Below the pieces are notes generated by a model that was not told the DNA's origin, did not search any database, and worked only from the letters and a program-made list of their open reading frames with translations. Positions 48,986-61,860 of a stretch of 64,000 nt of DNA are shown here, piece by piece (within the stretch, counting starts at the first letter, position 1; the number at the start of each line of letters is the position of its first letter). This stretch comes from Eledone cirrhosa (taxonomy: Eukaryota). Position numbers and translations under genes: made by a program. Location of the stretch: assembly GCA_964016885.1 (NCBI GenBank), contig OZ024743.1:293322001-293386000 (forward strand), written 5' to 3'.

Positions 48986-49785
48986 ATATATGAATACACA
49001 CATACAGTGAGAAAGAGAGGGGGGGGGCATGAGAGGCCAATATTGAAATAAAATGGAAGTTCTGGTAAGGATTGTTCAGGAACTTAAGCATTTAGATATG
49101 ATAAAGATATAAAGTATGAGTGAGAGGCTGGTGGTATTAGAGGTGTTGGGGGATGTTGGAGTGGGGAATAATGATAATGGCAGGAAATGTAAAGATGATG
49201 ATGAAGCTGGTTGATAATGCTTGCCAATGTGATGGAGAAGGTGGGGCATCCCATTAAAAAACTCAGACAGAAAATAAAATAAAAATATCCTGAAGATATA
49301 ATAGACTTTAGGATTGCTTGCTAGCTATTGTTGTTGTTCCTTAATTAATTAGTAAGAAGAGGGGATGGGTAGAATAAAAGAGGATAGTGTAGTGGCCACA
49401 TCCTTTGTAGCCCTTCCAAGAGGATGTGTAACTTGATAATAGGAAGGAAGCAAGTCTGTTATTGTTTTGGTAAGGAACTGGAAATTCTTGATTTAAGCGA
49501 TAACAAATAAAAAGTGGATGAATTGAAACTGGTTTGGTTTAGAAATCTGGAATAAATTAATTATCTATCTATATATATATAATACTCCTCCTCCATACAC
49601 ACACACATGTATATCATGACTCATACACTATTCACTTCCCTGACATTTGCACATTATTCTATGCACTATACATGCACCTTTGATGAGTTATAGTGCACCT
49701 GAGCACTGTACACAATAATTTCATTATTATTATTATATATATATATATGCACACATATATATATATATAATATATATATATAATA

Positions 49786-50004
49786 CAGCTGTAGAAATGA
49801 GATGATAGGGACTGGGGTCCATATCATTCCACTGCAAAGTGGTCGTGGAGGTGCCATGGCAAAAAAGCACCCAGCACTCACTTTAAATGAGGTTGGTGTT
49901 AGGAAGGGCATCCAGCTGTAGAAATCAAGCCAGAATCAGTTCCCGTCCCACCCTTGCAAGCAGGGAAAAGCGGATGTAAAATGAAATGATGATGAAATGA
50001 TGAT
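49786..50004 (+). mobile_element. 5'-truncated family A SINE
   Basis: Nearly identical to 44952-45169. Confidence 0.9.
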
Positions 50005-50011
50005 ATCTATA

Positions 50012-50093
<82 letters not shown>

Positions 50094-50663
50094 CAGGGGT
50101 TGGACAAAATAATGGAAACACCTAGCATCATATAGCATCATAATTTTGAAATATCTATAAAACCGTCAAAAGCTTGTTTATTTTTATTGTTCTCGGGGTG
50201 GTCATTAAGCTCTGCAGTAATTTTGGGAGCTGTACTTTTGTGATCCTTTCTAACAATTTGCGTAAGAGTCCAACGGTCCCTATCTGAAAGTTTTGGTTTT
50301 CTTCCGGAGTTTTGTTTCGACGAGGAGGTTTTTCCCTCTTTCTCAAAGGCTGTCATTACTTTCGAGACAGTACTCCTTGATACACCAAGCATTTCGGCTG
50401 TTTTCGTTATGCTAGCGTCTGCTATACGAGCACCAACAATTTGACCTCTTTGAAAGTTCGATAGATCTGTCACTTTAATGAATTTGAATTACCGTTTTCT
50501 GATGATATCTGAAAAGAAACAGCAATTTTAACAAAACTTATTAAGCAACACTAATAATAAATAAAAAAAACATAAAAATAAACAAGCTATTGACGGTTTT
50601 ATAGATATTTCAAAATTATGATGCTATGATGCTATGTGTTTCCATTATTTTGTCCAACCCCTG
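50094..50663 (-). mobile_element. Internally deleted Tc1-family DNA transposon
   Basis: TIRs of about 95 bp starting CAGGGGTTGGACAAAATAATGGAAACAC, TA on both sides; ORF 50138-50473 encodes only the paired-like HTH N-terminus (LSNFQRGQIVGAR..GVSRSTVSKV..SGRKPKLS); no DDE domain. Confidence 0.95.
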
Positions 50664-51156
50664 TATATATATATATAGTAATAATAATAAATTTGAAGAC
50701 TAAAATCCAAAGAGGGCTCGATAAGGATAAATATATATCAAATATATAAGAACCGTAAGCAAATATTTATTTGCTCTACGGTTGCAACGTCTTTTGAAAT
50801 ATTTATTTCTGCGTTCACAGATTGACTTTTTTAGTTTCAGAAGATCTCGTTAAGGGTGAAAGCAGCGATTCTTTGCTTAAACTTTAATCTGTTATTTTAA
50901 TAAATATATATATATATATAATTGTAATTAATGTGAGCGGTAAAGCATAACATAAAAGGAATCATATGCAGTGTGCAGGAGAGGTGATTGTGGTTGGCAT
51001 TAAGAAACATATCCAGCCATAGAAACCAAACCAGAAACTGTTTTATGTGAGCAAGACATGGCCAGCTAACTCAAATTGCTTCAAATGAGACAACCCGTCT
51101 AACCCATGCTAATGTGGAAAAATGTACATTAAATGGTGATGATGATGATGATGATG

Positions 51157-51205
<49 letters not shown>

Positions 51206-51496
51206 CACACATCATCATCATCATGCTAGCATGGAAGATAGATGTTAATCAATGATGATGATGATGAATATATATATATCTCTATATATATATGTATTTA
51301 TTTATATATATATATTATTTATTTATGTTCATACTCAGAACAAGGAAGCACTACTTCAAGATTCAGTGCCCAATTATGGCCATCTCCTCAGATTGTGCAT
51401 GGCGGTGCAGTATGCGTGGAGCGTCAAGCAAATTTGTGACCTAGTCAAACATAAATAATTGTTTCTACTTCAAATTTGTGACCCAGACAAACATAA

Positions 51497-51679
51497 ATAA
51501 TTGTTTCTACTTTTGCCACCAGGCCAGCAATTATCCCAGTGCATTACTTGTACTTTATTTTATCGACCCCGTAAGGATGAAAGGCAAAGTTAATCTCGGC
51601 GGGATTTGAACTCAGATCATAAAGGGAGGTAACTCTATGTTTCAAAGCATGGCGCCCGACCCTCTACCGATACTGCCAA
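51497..51679 (-). mobile_element. Family B SINE inserted in an older repeat
   Basis: Matches 18021-18207; a 42-bp tandem duplication (51429-51470 / 51471-51512) spans its 3' junction. Confidence 0.9.
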
Positions 51680-52089
51680 ATAATGTATCAGCTCTGTACT
51701 AGATTGAGCACTGTTTTCCTTCTTTTTTCACATCCATAGACATGTTTTGCTATATAAATATATATATATATATATATATACATGTACACATACATACATA
51801 CATATATATATATACTCTTCTGTGCATGTGTTTTTGTTATTGATGTATGCACACACCCTCATGTATAAATAGGGTATAGCTTTTCTTTCATACTATTTAT
51901 ATTTTTATATATTAAATATATCTAACTTTCTATCTATATACAAACAAGCTCTGCTGTCTTAAATTATATGAATGCTACTGTTAAAGATATTACAACTGAG
52001 TGTTATAATAGTAAGTAGAAACAATATAATTGTACCACATATTTTACACTTAATGACCATAATCTAAATGTTACCAGTCATCCTTCAAC

Positions 52090-52625
52090 AAAATTCATTA
52101 ACCTTTCTGAAAGTTATTTTGGGAGCATTATTAAGAACATATTAGATTTCATTATTCCTTAAATCAAGCTTAAATCACTGCTCTGGAGAATGACACTAAT
52201 TCATTTATATGCTGGTTTAACACTACTCAAGATAAAAACGACTGCCACTTCTAGTTTGGTATAAAGAATGATACCTGAATTTTTTTTACAGCTGCTTTCA
52301 AACATACAAAATCTTATTACATTTATCAAAAGCCATAGACATTGGCATTAGAAAAATCTTTCCTTTTCAACGACAACTCTATATGAATAAAAAAGCAATC
52401 CCATGCGCCCTTTAATGTGAGTAAGGTACCAAAATATTCTACTGAAGTTAGTGATGTACAACTTGAATACATTTGTTCTTTATGTGGGCTTGTATAGAGA
52501 TGACAGATTGCTATTACTATGTCATTTTAACCTTCAGACCAATGAATGATAGATTCCATAAGAACATTGATAATTTTTTTCAAACATTTTGGTTTTTCTA
52601 CTACAGTCAAAGCTCATTTACAAAG
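52090..52625 (+). pseudogene. Disrupted Penelope-like element reverse transcriptase
   Basis: Manual translation across stops and frameshifts: FINLSESYFGSIIKNILD, NSFICWFNTTQDKNDCHF*FGIK, KSFLFNDNSI*IKK..PFNVS, VGLYRDD (YRDD 52493-52504), FKHFGFSTTVKAHL, in the order expected for GLYRDD-type PLE RTs. Confidence 0.75.
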
Positions 52626-55529
52626 TAGCTTGTTTGATATTTCTTTGAATTAAGATAACTCAATATACACACTAGGGAAGAAAAAATAACATAGAAAAGG
52701 AACATTGGATTGTATTTTGTATTTCCATTATAAAGTAGTAGTGAGTAGTGGTGTTGTTTAAAATGTTTGTTAGGGGATGGGCAGTCATTGGTATGATATT
52801 TGCAACACTTCCATGACAGGTGAGATTTATATGGTTGATGTTCAATGCTGTGATTAGGAAAGACATTAAAAGTATGTATTCATCCATGACTTTTGCTACA
52901 TCATTGGGTTTCATGTATTCATAGAGAGGGCTGCTGAGTTTTTTTCTGTAGTAGAAATAAGGGAATATGTAAGTCAGGGTTTCATTTTAGATGCTGGTCG
53001 ACTGAGCTCACATTTGGTTTCAGTTGCCTGAATTGGTGATTTTTGCAAGGAGTTCACACCTTTGTTTACAAGGAACACCAAAGAGGCCTGCTTTCAGAAA
53101 GATGTTCCCAGAATTCTATGTCAATACTGATTTTCAATGTTAACTTTTTTTTATTCTAAGCCACTTGAAATTACCCCTGGTTCTATGATGCACAACTACC
53201 CTGGTTCTACGATATACAACTACCTGTTTTAAAGTGTTCATACTTTAAATATACATCTTCCAACATAACTTTATGTATGGACTTTCTAAAAAAGTTGATT
53301 ATTCCATTAAATCCCTCCAAATTCTTTCTTACTTTCAAAATGAATTGAAACACCACATTACAAATATGGAAGGTAACTAAAGGGTTAAATCCAAAACACT
53401 TAGTAAATGAGTCTTAATTGCTCTTGAAATTATTAACTGCTGGTGGGTTGTGCTATGGAAGTGTTATTGTATGAAGTTGTGGCACAGAAAGACAGGGGAG
53501 AGGGTAGTGATTATTTTAGTAGTAGTGATAATGTTGTTGCTTGACGAGGTGGTAGATATATTGGTGGTGGTGGTGGTGGGGGCATTTGTGGTTGTTTTGG
53601 GGTGGGAGGTATTGTAAGATATTTGGCAATGAAAAGCATAGATAAAATTAGCTGTTTTTATAATAATAAAGCAAAGGCAGGCTTTGAGAGGGTTATGGAA
53701 GGTTGGTGGATATTGTACTCCCCTGTCTGTGATGTTTGTATGAGGGGCAGAATTTAGTTGGGGAGGGAGGGGGGGGGGCAGAGGTTAGAGGGTAAATAGT
53801 TTTACCACTTGAGAGTAATTAAAAATAGAATTAAGATAAGATATGTTAGGGAGGAGGAGGTTGAGTTCTGCTTTGTGGTTGGGTGCTGGGGTGCCTGAAT
53901 AAATTCTCTGACATCTCTCTCTCATCCCATATCTATCTCTATAGCTGTACTGCTGCTTGGTATTTATAACAACACATAATAATAATAATAATAGTAATAA
54001 TAAAAAAAATGTGATGTAGTTGAGGTGTTAGTGGTGTTGCTGGTGATAGAGCTGATAATTGTGGTAATTCTAAAGTGTGAATGGGTGGAGAAAGAGAAGG
54101 TGCTAGATGCAGGCATATTTCTTTCTACCACATCTATTTCCACCACCACCACCATTACTACTATCACCACATACATCTCTCCTTTCATCCTTGCCTCTTA
54201 ATTCACTTGTAGCCTTTCTCACATCATTAATATATTTTTCTTTTTTATTAATTATCTCTTGTTTCCCCTCTCTTCAACACACACACACATACATACACAC
54301 ATATTGTATATAAATTATACAGTGACACACATATACACACACATGCTACAATACACACACTACTGTCATATAAATAGCACAAAATATAGAACAGAATCAC
54401 ACACACACACACACATTCACACATAATCAGACAAAGTATACATAAATCATATAGAAAATAGAACACACTTTGTCGTGTGTGTGTTTATTTAACCGAATTC
54501 AAGAAGGGAACAGAACTAGTACTGTAAGAGTCATTTGTGGGTCTTTGTGTTCCAAATGGGAATACTATTACACACTATTACACACTCAGATAAAGAGCAC
54601 AGATTCTCATAAGCTGTTTGGTAGGCACCTTTTCCTCCATCTCCTTTTCTCCTCCACCCCATCACTGTTATCATCATCATTATCATCAACAACAGTATCA
54701 TTTCCAGGAGGTTTTTAATTGGAATAAGCGATGTTAATTGAAACAATGATACAAAACTCTGTAATGATGCTCATTAAGATTTCAGTTTTCTTTCTGTCCC
54801 TTTTTGCTCTCATTACCCACTTGATGGTAATGCTCTTCAAAATCGTCATCCTCATAATTAATCTAGATATGCTTTCCATGCTGGAATGGGTTGAACAGGT
54901 TGTTATGGTCCAGTCAGTTCTGTTACATGTGCCTTCCTAGTCAGATCAGAAGACCATGTATCACTTGTATGCTCTTAAAACCACCAACTTAATAATTTAA
55001 CCATTTGATACCAACCTCTCTGAGACCACCCCTGGTTCTATGATACAAAACTGTTTATTTAAAAGTGTTCATACTTATATTAAAATCTTCCAACACAATT
55101 TTATGTTAGAACATTTTGTTAAATTAAATTTTTACCACCAATTTGATAGTGAGAAGGTAAGTTTAATAAATGCCTTCAAATGTTTTTCTTTTATTACTGT
55201 TTACTACAGAGTGCCCATCTCCTGAGAGTGGTGAGAGAATGGGAGCTAGTTATCTTTATACCTGAAACCGGTCCCAAATGCTTAAAACAGACATCTCCAG
55301 TAAACACACCCAAGGGCTCAGTGCTGGTGTAAAACTTGATGAAAGTAGGCCATAGCAGCAACCCAAAGATTCCGAACAAATGCCACAATCCACCAATACA
55401 TGGAATTCCCTGGTACACTAATTTATCAACCTCGGTAGGGTTTGAACTTGGTTTGAAGATAGTGCTGGAAAAAATACAATCTCGCTCTTCAAGAATGTTT
55501 ATTATTGTTTAGTCAAGGAGGGTGGGTGG

Positions 55530-55820
55530 GTGTGTGTGGCCTAGTTGTAAGGGTGTTGGACTTACAATCATAATGTCATGAGTTTGATTCTTGGATTGGG
55601 ATATGTGTTGTGCTCTTGAGCAAAACACTTCATTTCATGTTGCTCCATTATACTCAGCTGAAAATGAGTACCAGTAATAGCTGGGGGTTTAACCTTGTGA
55701 TGTACTGGTATCCTATCTAGTGGGGAGTCTTGAACTCTTAGTTGCTTAATCCCTTGGAAACCAGGATAAGCACCGTTCTGATGAGCCTCCTGGCTCGAGA
55801 CAGATGAAACAGACTTTAGA
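55530..55820 (+). mobile_element. Old tRNA-derived SINE with family A-like head and centre but a different tail
   Basis: TGGCCTAGTTGTAAG..GAGTTTGATTC..CTTGAGCAAAACACTTCATTTCA..CTCAGCTG, then GAAACCAGGATAAGC..CTGATGAGCC..TGGCTCG. Confidence 0.65.
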
Positions 55821-56919
55821 CTTATTCAAAGAGAGAAAGGCCTTTGGCCCGAATGTTTTCAACTGATTGGAATCTGTTAAATGTACCCAGGGGCCACATG
55901 ATTGTGTTAAACTGAGTAATAGATTGTCTTCGTATAGTAACACTGGTGCCACTAAAAAAATACACCTAGTGTAAAGTAGCTGCATTTGGAAGGGTATCCA
56001 GCCATAGAAACCATGCCAAATATGGAACATAGGAGCAAGATGGTGTTCTTTGACTAGTCTAGTTTCTGCCTTTGACAACCTATCCAACCCATGTCATGTA
56101 TAGAAAGCAGATGTAGGGTGTTGGTGTTAGTGGTGGTATTGACTTTACTGACATTCAAAACTCATCTCTATAAAGATTTGAACTCACAAATGTAAAAAGA
56201 TCACAATAAGATAGTAAAAAACACATTTTTTTTCCTTTAATATTTCATAGATTCTGCCAATCCAGCACATTATTTCTAATTAGTTGCCAATAACCTGTGA
56301 TCTGAGAATGGGCTGGCTGGTGATTATTATTTTCTAAGTTCCAAGAGAATAATAATAATGGTGGTGGTAGTAGTAACAAAACAACAATAATGATAAAATA
56401 ACAATAAAGCAACAGCAACAACAACAATAATAATAATAATGATGATGATGATGTTGACAGCAATAATAAATATAGAAATAATAATAATAATGATGAAAAA
56501 TAGGCATGACAAATTTCTTGCTTTGTTTTTGTCTGGTAGTGTACTTCTAAATAATACTGTCTTTAAAACACCATCTGCTTCATTACATCTTTAAATTGAC
56601 TTCAATAATTGACAGTGTTAATAATTGCATGGCAAACTAGGAGACAGTTATTGGCTTGATAAATTTTGAATTATTCATTTGAGTAATTTTGGAAATTCTT
56701 CCTGCATATTCTCACTAACTCTCACACACACATACACACACCACACATACACATGTAACTCTCTTTTGCTCTCTCTCTCTGATATATATATATAAGTGTT
56801 TCTGGAATAGATCAGGGTAATTTTTGATGCATGTTTAAGTGCAGAGTTGGTGTAGCAATGTATGTATGTATATATATAAATACACACACACTCACATGCA
56901 TACATATAAATGCATACAT

Positions 56920-56978
<59 letters not shown>

Positions 56979-57845
56979 TATGTATATGTGCACATGTACG
57001 CCTGTATGTATGTGGCTGCATGAATTACCCTACATATCTGTTATGCTGTGAAATACCTGTCTGCGAATACAATCATGGCTGCAGAGAGAAATTTAACAAG
57101 ACAGAACAAAATCACTTATGGGCCCCTCAACCATGTCTTCTCATAATCTCAGAATTCTAGGTCCCCCGAGGGTTTTTTTCAGGGTGGGGGTGGGGGAAGC
57201 ACAGATGTTTATGATTCTCTCATTACTTCTGTAGGCCCTGTCCTGGTTATTGGCATCAATGGACAGCTTTAGTGATTGTCTTTCTCAGGGGTGGTTTAAC
57301 CCTTTTTCTACTAACACAGCCAAAATCGGCTCTAATTTTATGAGTTCTCATTTTAAAGAGTTCTCAATTAAATTAAAATCTTCAAACTTATATAAGAGCC
57401 ATAAATAATTTTTGTAAATTCCTGTAGTAAATTTTTCACTAATTGAAATACTGTATTTCATAAGAAATATGGTCACAAAAGAATTAATGTGTGCTGTTTG
57501 GGTTGTTTCAGCCCTTACCTGTTACTTCTGTGGTGATGATGATGATAAAAGAGTGAAGAGAACTATAAAATACTGCTGGAATTGGTAATGATTATGAATG
57601 ATTGCGCTGACATTGATAATTATTATGATGATGCTGTTGAATTGTTGGGTGATGATAATAGTGAAGATGGTTGAGTAATGATGATGATAATTATAATTAT
57701 CGTTTTAAATTCATTTTCCATGCTGCCGCTGAATGGGTTGTTGCAGTCTGAGACCAGATGGGTTAGAGAATCACATCTTGCTCACATGTTTTATTTTTGG
57801 CATATTTTCTATGGCCGAATGCTTATTATAACACCGACTGGTTTA

Positions 57846-57990
57846 CAGAGTGTACTGGGTGTACTTTATCATTGCATCAGCACTACTACATACAGAGTGT
57901 ACTCTGGGTGTACTTTATCATTGCAGCAGCACTACTACATACCGAGTGTACTCTGGGTGTACTTTATCATTGCATCAGCACTACTACATA
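57846..57990. repeat. 47-49 bp tandem repeat, three copies, inside a minus-strand RTE/SINE tail
   Basis: Unit CAGAGTGTACT(CT)GGGTGTACTTTATCATTGCA(T/G)CAGCACTACTACATA. Confidence 0.95.
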
Positions 57991-59683
57991 CAGGATGTAT
58001 TCATGATTGTTGTAAGGATGAAAAAAAATCATAGTGAAGATAGCTAAGGTGATGATGATGAGTGATAATGACACTGATGATGGTGTGGGGTGGTGTTGAT
58101 TCTGGTAAGGATGGGGAATAGTAAGATGATGATGAAGATGGTGAGGTGAATGATGTCATTGATATTGCTTCAAAATACAGAAGCATCAAAAAGTTACAGA
58201 TGGCCCCAGAAAATTAAGGATTTGTAGTTACCAGCTGTGGAATAAAATATTAATTGCGTAGACAGTTTAAACTGCCATTGGCTCTATCTGGCTTCCATCA
58301 ACACCAGCATTACAACCAATGCTCTTCTAGCTGTAAGTAGGTACTCCAGATGAGTGTAGGTACTATAGAGTGTAACTGTAAGTAGGTACTAGAGATGAGT
58401 GTAGTTCACTTTAACAGCTGACAAGTGTTTCTTTGGCTTGAGTGGAGTTCCAATATGAATGACTTGACAGGCTCATTCAGTTCTAGGCTATTTATTATAT
58501 GCTAGGTTAATTAATATATCTTAATGGATGATTTACAGTATGAATGAGAGGTCAAGCAAATGACAGTGCCTACACATAGTCAGTCGGTTGACCTGCTAGA
58601 AATCGCAGCTAAATCATCCTTAATTCATACCAGGCATTATAATGTAGTCTTAGATTAGTGGTCCCCAAACTTATTGTGTCACGGAATCCTTACATGATTT
58701 AATAAATTTATTGAGGTGCTTGGATAATGTGAAATTTGAAAATGTAGATATCTAAACACAGAGTTGCTACAGTGATAATGATAATAGTGTTAGAAAATTG
58801 GGTAAAATATTCCTAGGGGCATCAGATTTTTTTCACGGAACTCAAATTAGGCGAACACAGGTCAGCCTGAGTTGAGTGACTGAAACATTAAGAATATGAT
58901 TGTAAATATATCCCTGTGGTATTTAATTGCAATTATGTTCTGAGTTGAATTTGGCTTCTCTGGGAAAGACAGAAAAATGTTAATATAAAAATAAGTATCA
59001 GTAATATGCTGGGGTAAATTGAATGGTCTATATCTTATTTTTTTATGAATTTGTTGGATTTGTGCCACAACTAGAAATCAATATTTCATATATAGGAAGA
59101 GGCATTGCTATATGGTTAAGGAGTTCACTTTGCAACCATGTTGTTTTCAGTTTTGTCCCATTGCGTAGTACATTGGCCAAATGTTTTCCTTCTACTATAG
59201 ATTAGTGCCTTGTCAGTGAAATTTAGTAGATGGAAACTTTGTAGAATTCTGGCATACTTTATGTGTGGGTGTCCAGTAACCTAGAAGTTTGGCAAAAAGG
59301 GATTGGTAACACAGGTACTGGGGTTGTTACAATCCAGCTAAATCCTTTTAAGGTGGTACTCCATGATGGACATAGTCATAGTCATATATACTCATGTCTG
59401 AGTATATATATGTGTGTGTTACTATGTGATTATTCTAGTATGTGTGGGTGCTTACTCTGAAGTGTGAGCAGACGTGTGAGGTACTGAACCCAGCATGATT
59501 CCATTGAAATATGTCGGATGGAAAATAGTTGATGAACCGCGTGGCAGCAGATACTGACCAGAACGTGTGATGACGTGGAGTAAAAACAGCCAATGGCATG
59601 ACAAGAGTGGAAAGAAGGTTTTTTTGAGGGGTTGTTTTGATAACAACACCCCAGTGATAAAATTTGCTCCGGACATAACAGAC

Positions 59684-59772
59684 GTGTCTGAAAGAACCCG
59701 CAGAAGTAGAATCAGCCAGATCCATACAAGGACCATGACTTGAGCTACATGCCGGCGAAACATTTGTAACAC
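59684..59772 (+). ncRNA. Degenerate type I hammerhead-like motif with long stem II
   Basis: GTGT-CTGAAAGA-ACCCGCA...TGCCGGC-GAAA-CATTTG-TA-ACAC; one extra A in the core; followed by AATAAA and (TA)n. Confidence 0.4.
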
Positions 59773-60213
59773 AAAATAAACTAAGTCCAGATGCATCACT
59801 GATTTTTCGTTTTCTTGATATATATATATATGTGTGTGTGTGTAATAAACAACACAATATAATTATTCCATTACCAAAGGTTTCCCAAAGGTAGACGTTT
59901 CTGTTAGAATCATCTAATTTCTATTACATAATAAAATAGCTCTGTACTATACATAGAGTACTCTTCTTTCCTTTTCCACGGAAATACTTAACATATATAT
60001 TTATGTGTGTGTGTGTATATATACATATATCTTCTGCTATAAGACTTTTTGCATTTGCTTTTTGGAGCTGGCATGGTGTTGAATAGGACTTTTAAAGAAA
60101 GAGACAGTGATTTATGGCTGGTTTCCCTTCCTGACACCAAACCTTTTAGTTGCCACTTATGCCATGCAGGTCAGGGATTTGGTATACCTACACCCTCACC
60201 TAATGACACTCTT

Positions 60214-60254
<41 letters not shown>

Positions 60255-60301
60255 AAGTAAAGGGTGGTGATAGTGCTGTTTCATGTTGTTGATATTCATA
60301 T

Positions 60302-60343
<42 letters not shown>

Positions 60344-60498
60344 AGCAAATTATAAACGTAAACATGTACGTATGGTTTTGAAACAGTGCGCGAGTTTGAA
60401 ATTAGAAATTATAAGCTTTCACCGTATTTTAGACTAAAGAAATTTCTAGCCTGATAGTGGGGTTTATAACCCTTGGAGAAATGGATAAAGATGAGTGT

Positions 60499-60570
60499 TG
60501 CCGTACATGGGAGTCGAACCCACATCTTTGGTTATCCAGACCACTGTGCTACCATTACACCAATACACAT
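60499..60570 (-). pseudogene. tRNA-like sequence / Pol III promoter (not a functional tRNA)
   Basis: Perfect A box TGGTGTAATGG and B box GGTTCGACTCC, anticodon-like arm TGGT-CTGGATA-ACCA; acceptor stem broken and position 37 is T. Confidence 0.7.
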
Positions 60571-60645
60571 CCCATCTCCTTCCATTCGAATTAGAAGATA
60601 TGAACTTAGCAAGTGAATGATAAACAAGCAAATTATAAACCTGCC

Positions 60646-60730
<85 letters not shown>

Positions 60731-60732
<2 letters not shown>

Positions 60733-61055
60733 AGGCACTTGGCTTAGTGGTTAGAGCATTGGCTTTGCAATCGAAAGGTTGTGAGTTCAATTCTCAGACC
60801 GGGTCATGTGTTGTTTCCTTGAGCAAGACACTTTATTTCACATTGCTCCAGTTTACTCAGCTGTAGAAATGAGATGATAGGGACCCCAGTCATTCCACTG
60901 CGATGTGGTGGTGGAGGTGCCATGGCAAAAAAGCACTCAGCATTCACTGTATGTGGTTGGTGTTAGGAAGGGCATCCAGCTGTAGAAATCAAGCCAGAAT
61001 CAGTTCCCATCCCACCCTTGCAAGCAGGGAAAAGCGGACGTAAAATGATGATGAT
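60731..61055 (+). mobile_element. Full-length family A tRNA-derived SINE with RTE-derived tail
   Basis: A box TGGCTTAGTGG, B box GAGTTCAATTC, centre CCTTGAGCAAGACACTTTATTTCAC, tail GGTTGGTGTTAGGAAGGGCATCCAGCTGTAGAAA identical to the LINE 3' UTR; (TA)n on both sides. Confidence 0.92.
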
Positions 61056-61089
61056 TATATATATATATATATATATATATATGAATATC

Positions 61090-61860
61090 AACAACATTAA
61101 ACAGCACTATCATCACAGCCACCACCAACATCACTAGTGCCAACAGCACCACCATCATCACCATCACCATTAGTGCTAACATCACTACCACCACCACGAC
61201 CATCACAGTCACTGCTAACAACACCACCACCACCACCACCATCACAAACACTACTAACACCACCATCACCACCCAAACCACTTCTACTACAATCATTCAC
61301 TACACTCCCTTAGCTCTACCCTGTACTGTTAACACTTACTATTCTATAATTCATTAAGATTAAATTTCCAAAGAACTGCTTGGGTCAGATTCTTTAATTA
61401 ATTGAAACTTGAGTAGATTTTTATAGTCTCACAGGTGGTGGGGGTGGTCCTGGTGGTTATAGTATCTACTGTGGAGGCTATAGTACAGATGGTGATGGTG
61501 GGAGTTAGTAGTATAGGTGGTGGTGCTGGTGATTCTGATGGTTATAGTACTGGTGGTGGTGGTTATGGTAGTGGTGGTGATGGTTGTGGTTATGGTACTG
61601 GTGGTGGTGGTGGTGGTGAGTGTCGTGGTTATAGTATTGGTGGTGGTGGTTATGGTACAGATGGTGGTTAGTTGGTGGTATTGGTGGTGGTTCTGATGGT
61701 TATAGTACTGGTGGTGGTGGTGGTGGTGATGGTTATGGTACTGGTGGTGGTGATGGTTGTGGTTATGGTACTGGTGGTGGTGGTGGTTATGGTACAGATG
61801 GTGGTTAGTTGGTGGTATTGGTGGTGGTTCTGATGGTTATAGTACTGGTGGTGGTCACTG
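61090..61860. repeat. (CCA)n-rich then (GGT)n-rich repeat fields with higher-order duplication
   Basis: Directly visible; about 61640-61720 is repeated at about 61780-61856. Confidence 0.9.

Noticed and set aside
52672-53100. Possible Gypsy gag remnant on the minus strand (KPNDVAKVMDEYIL)
   Set aside because: Resemblance too weak to support without a search.
55778-55812. CTGATGAGCC..GGCTCGAGACAGATGAAAC as a hammerhead
   Set aside because: Lies in a SINE tail; GAAA is not adjacent to stem II and no stem I closes.
57846-57990. CRISPR-like regular repeats
   Set aside because: Contiguous tandem units without unique spacers, inside a retroelement tail in eukaryotic DNA.
60499-60570. Functional tRNA-Ser(GGA)
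   Set aside because: Acceptor stem does not pair fully, position 37 is a pyrimidine and there is no long variable arm.
61000-61671. Glycine-rich structural protein ORFs (GGGYG repeats)
   Set aside because: Cannot be distinguished from (GGT)n microsatellite; the frame is closed by stops within the repeats and there is no splice support.
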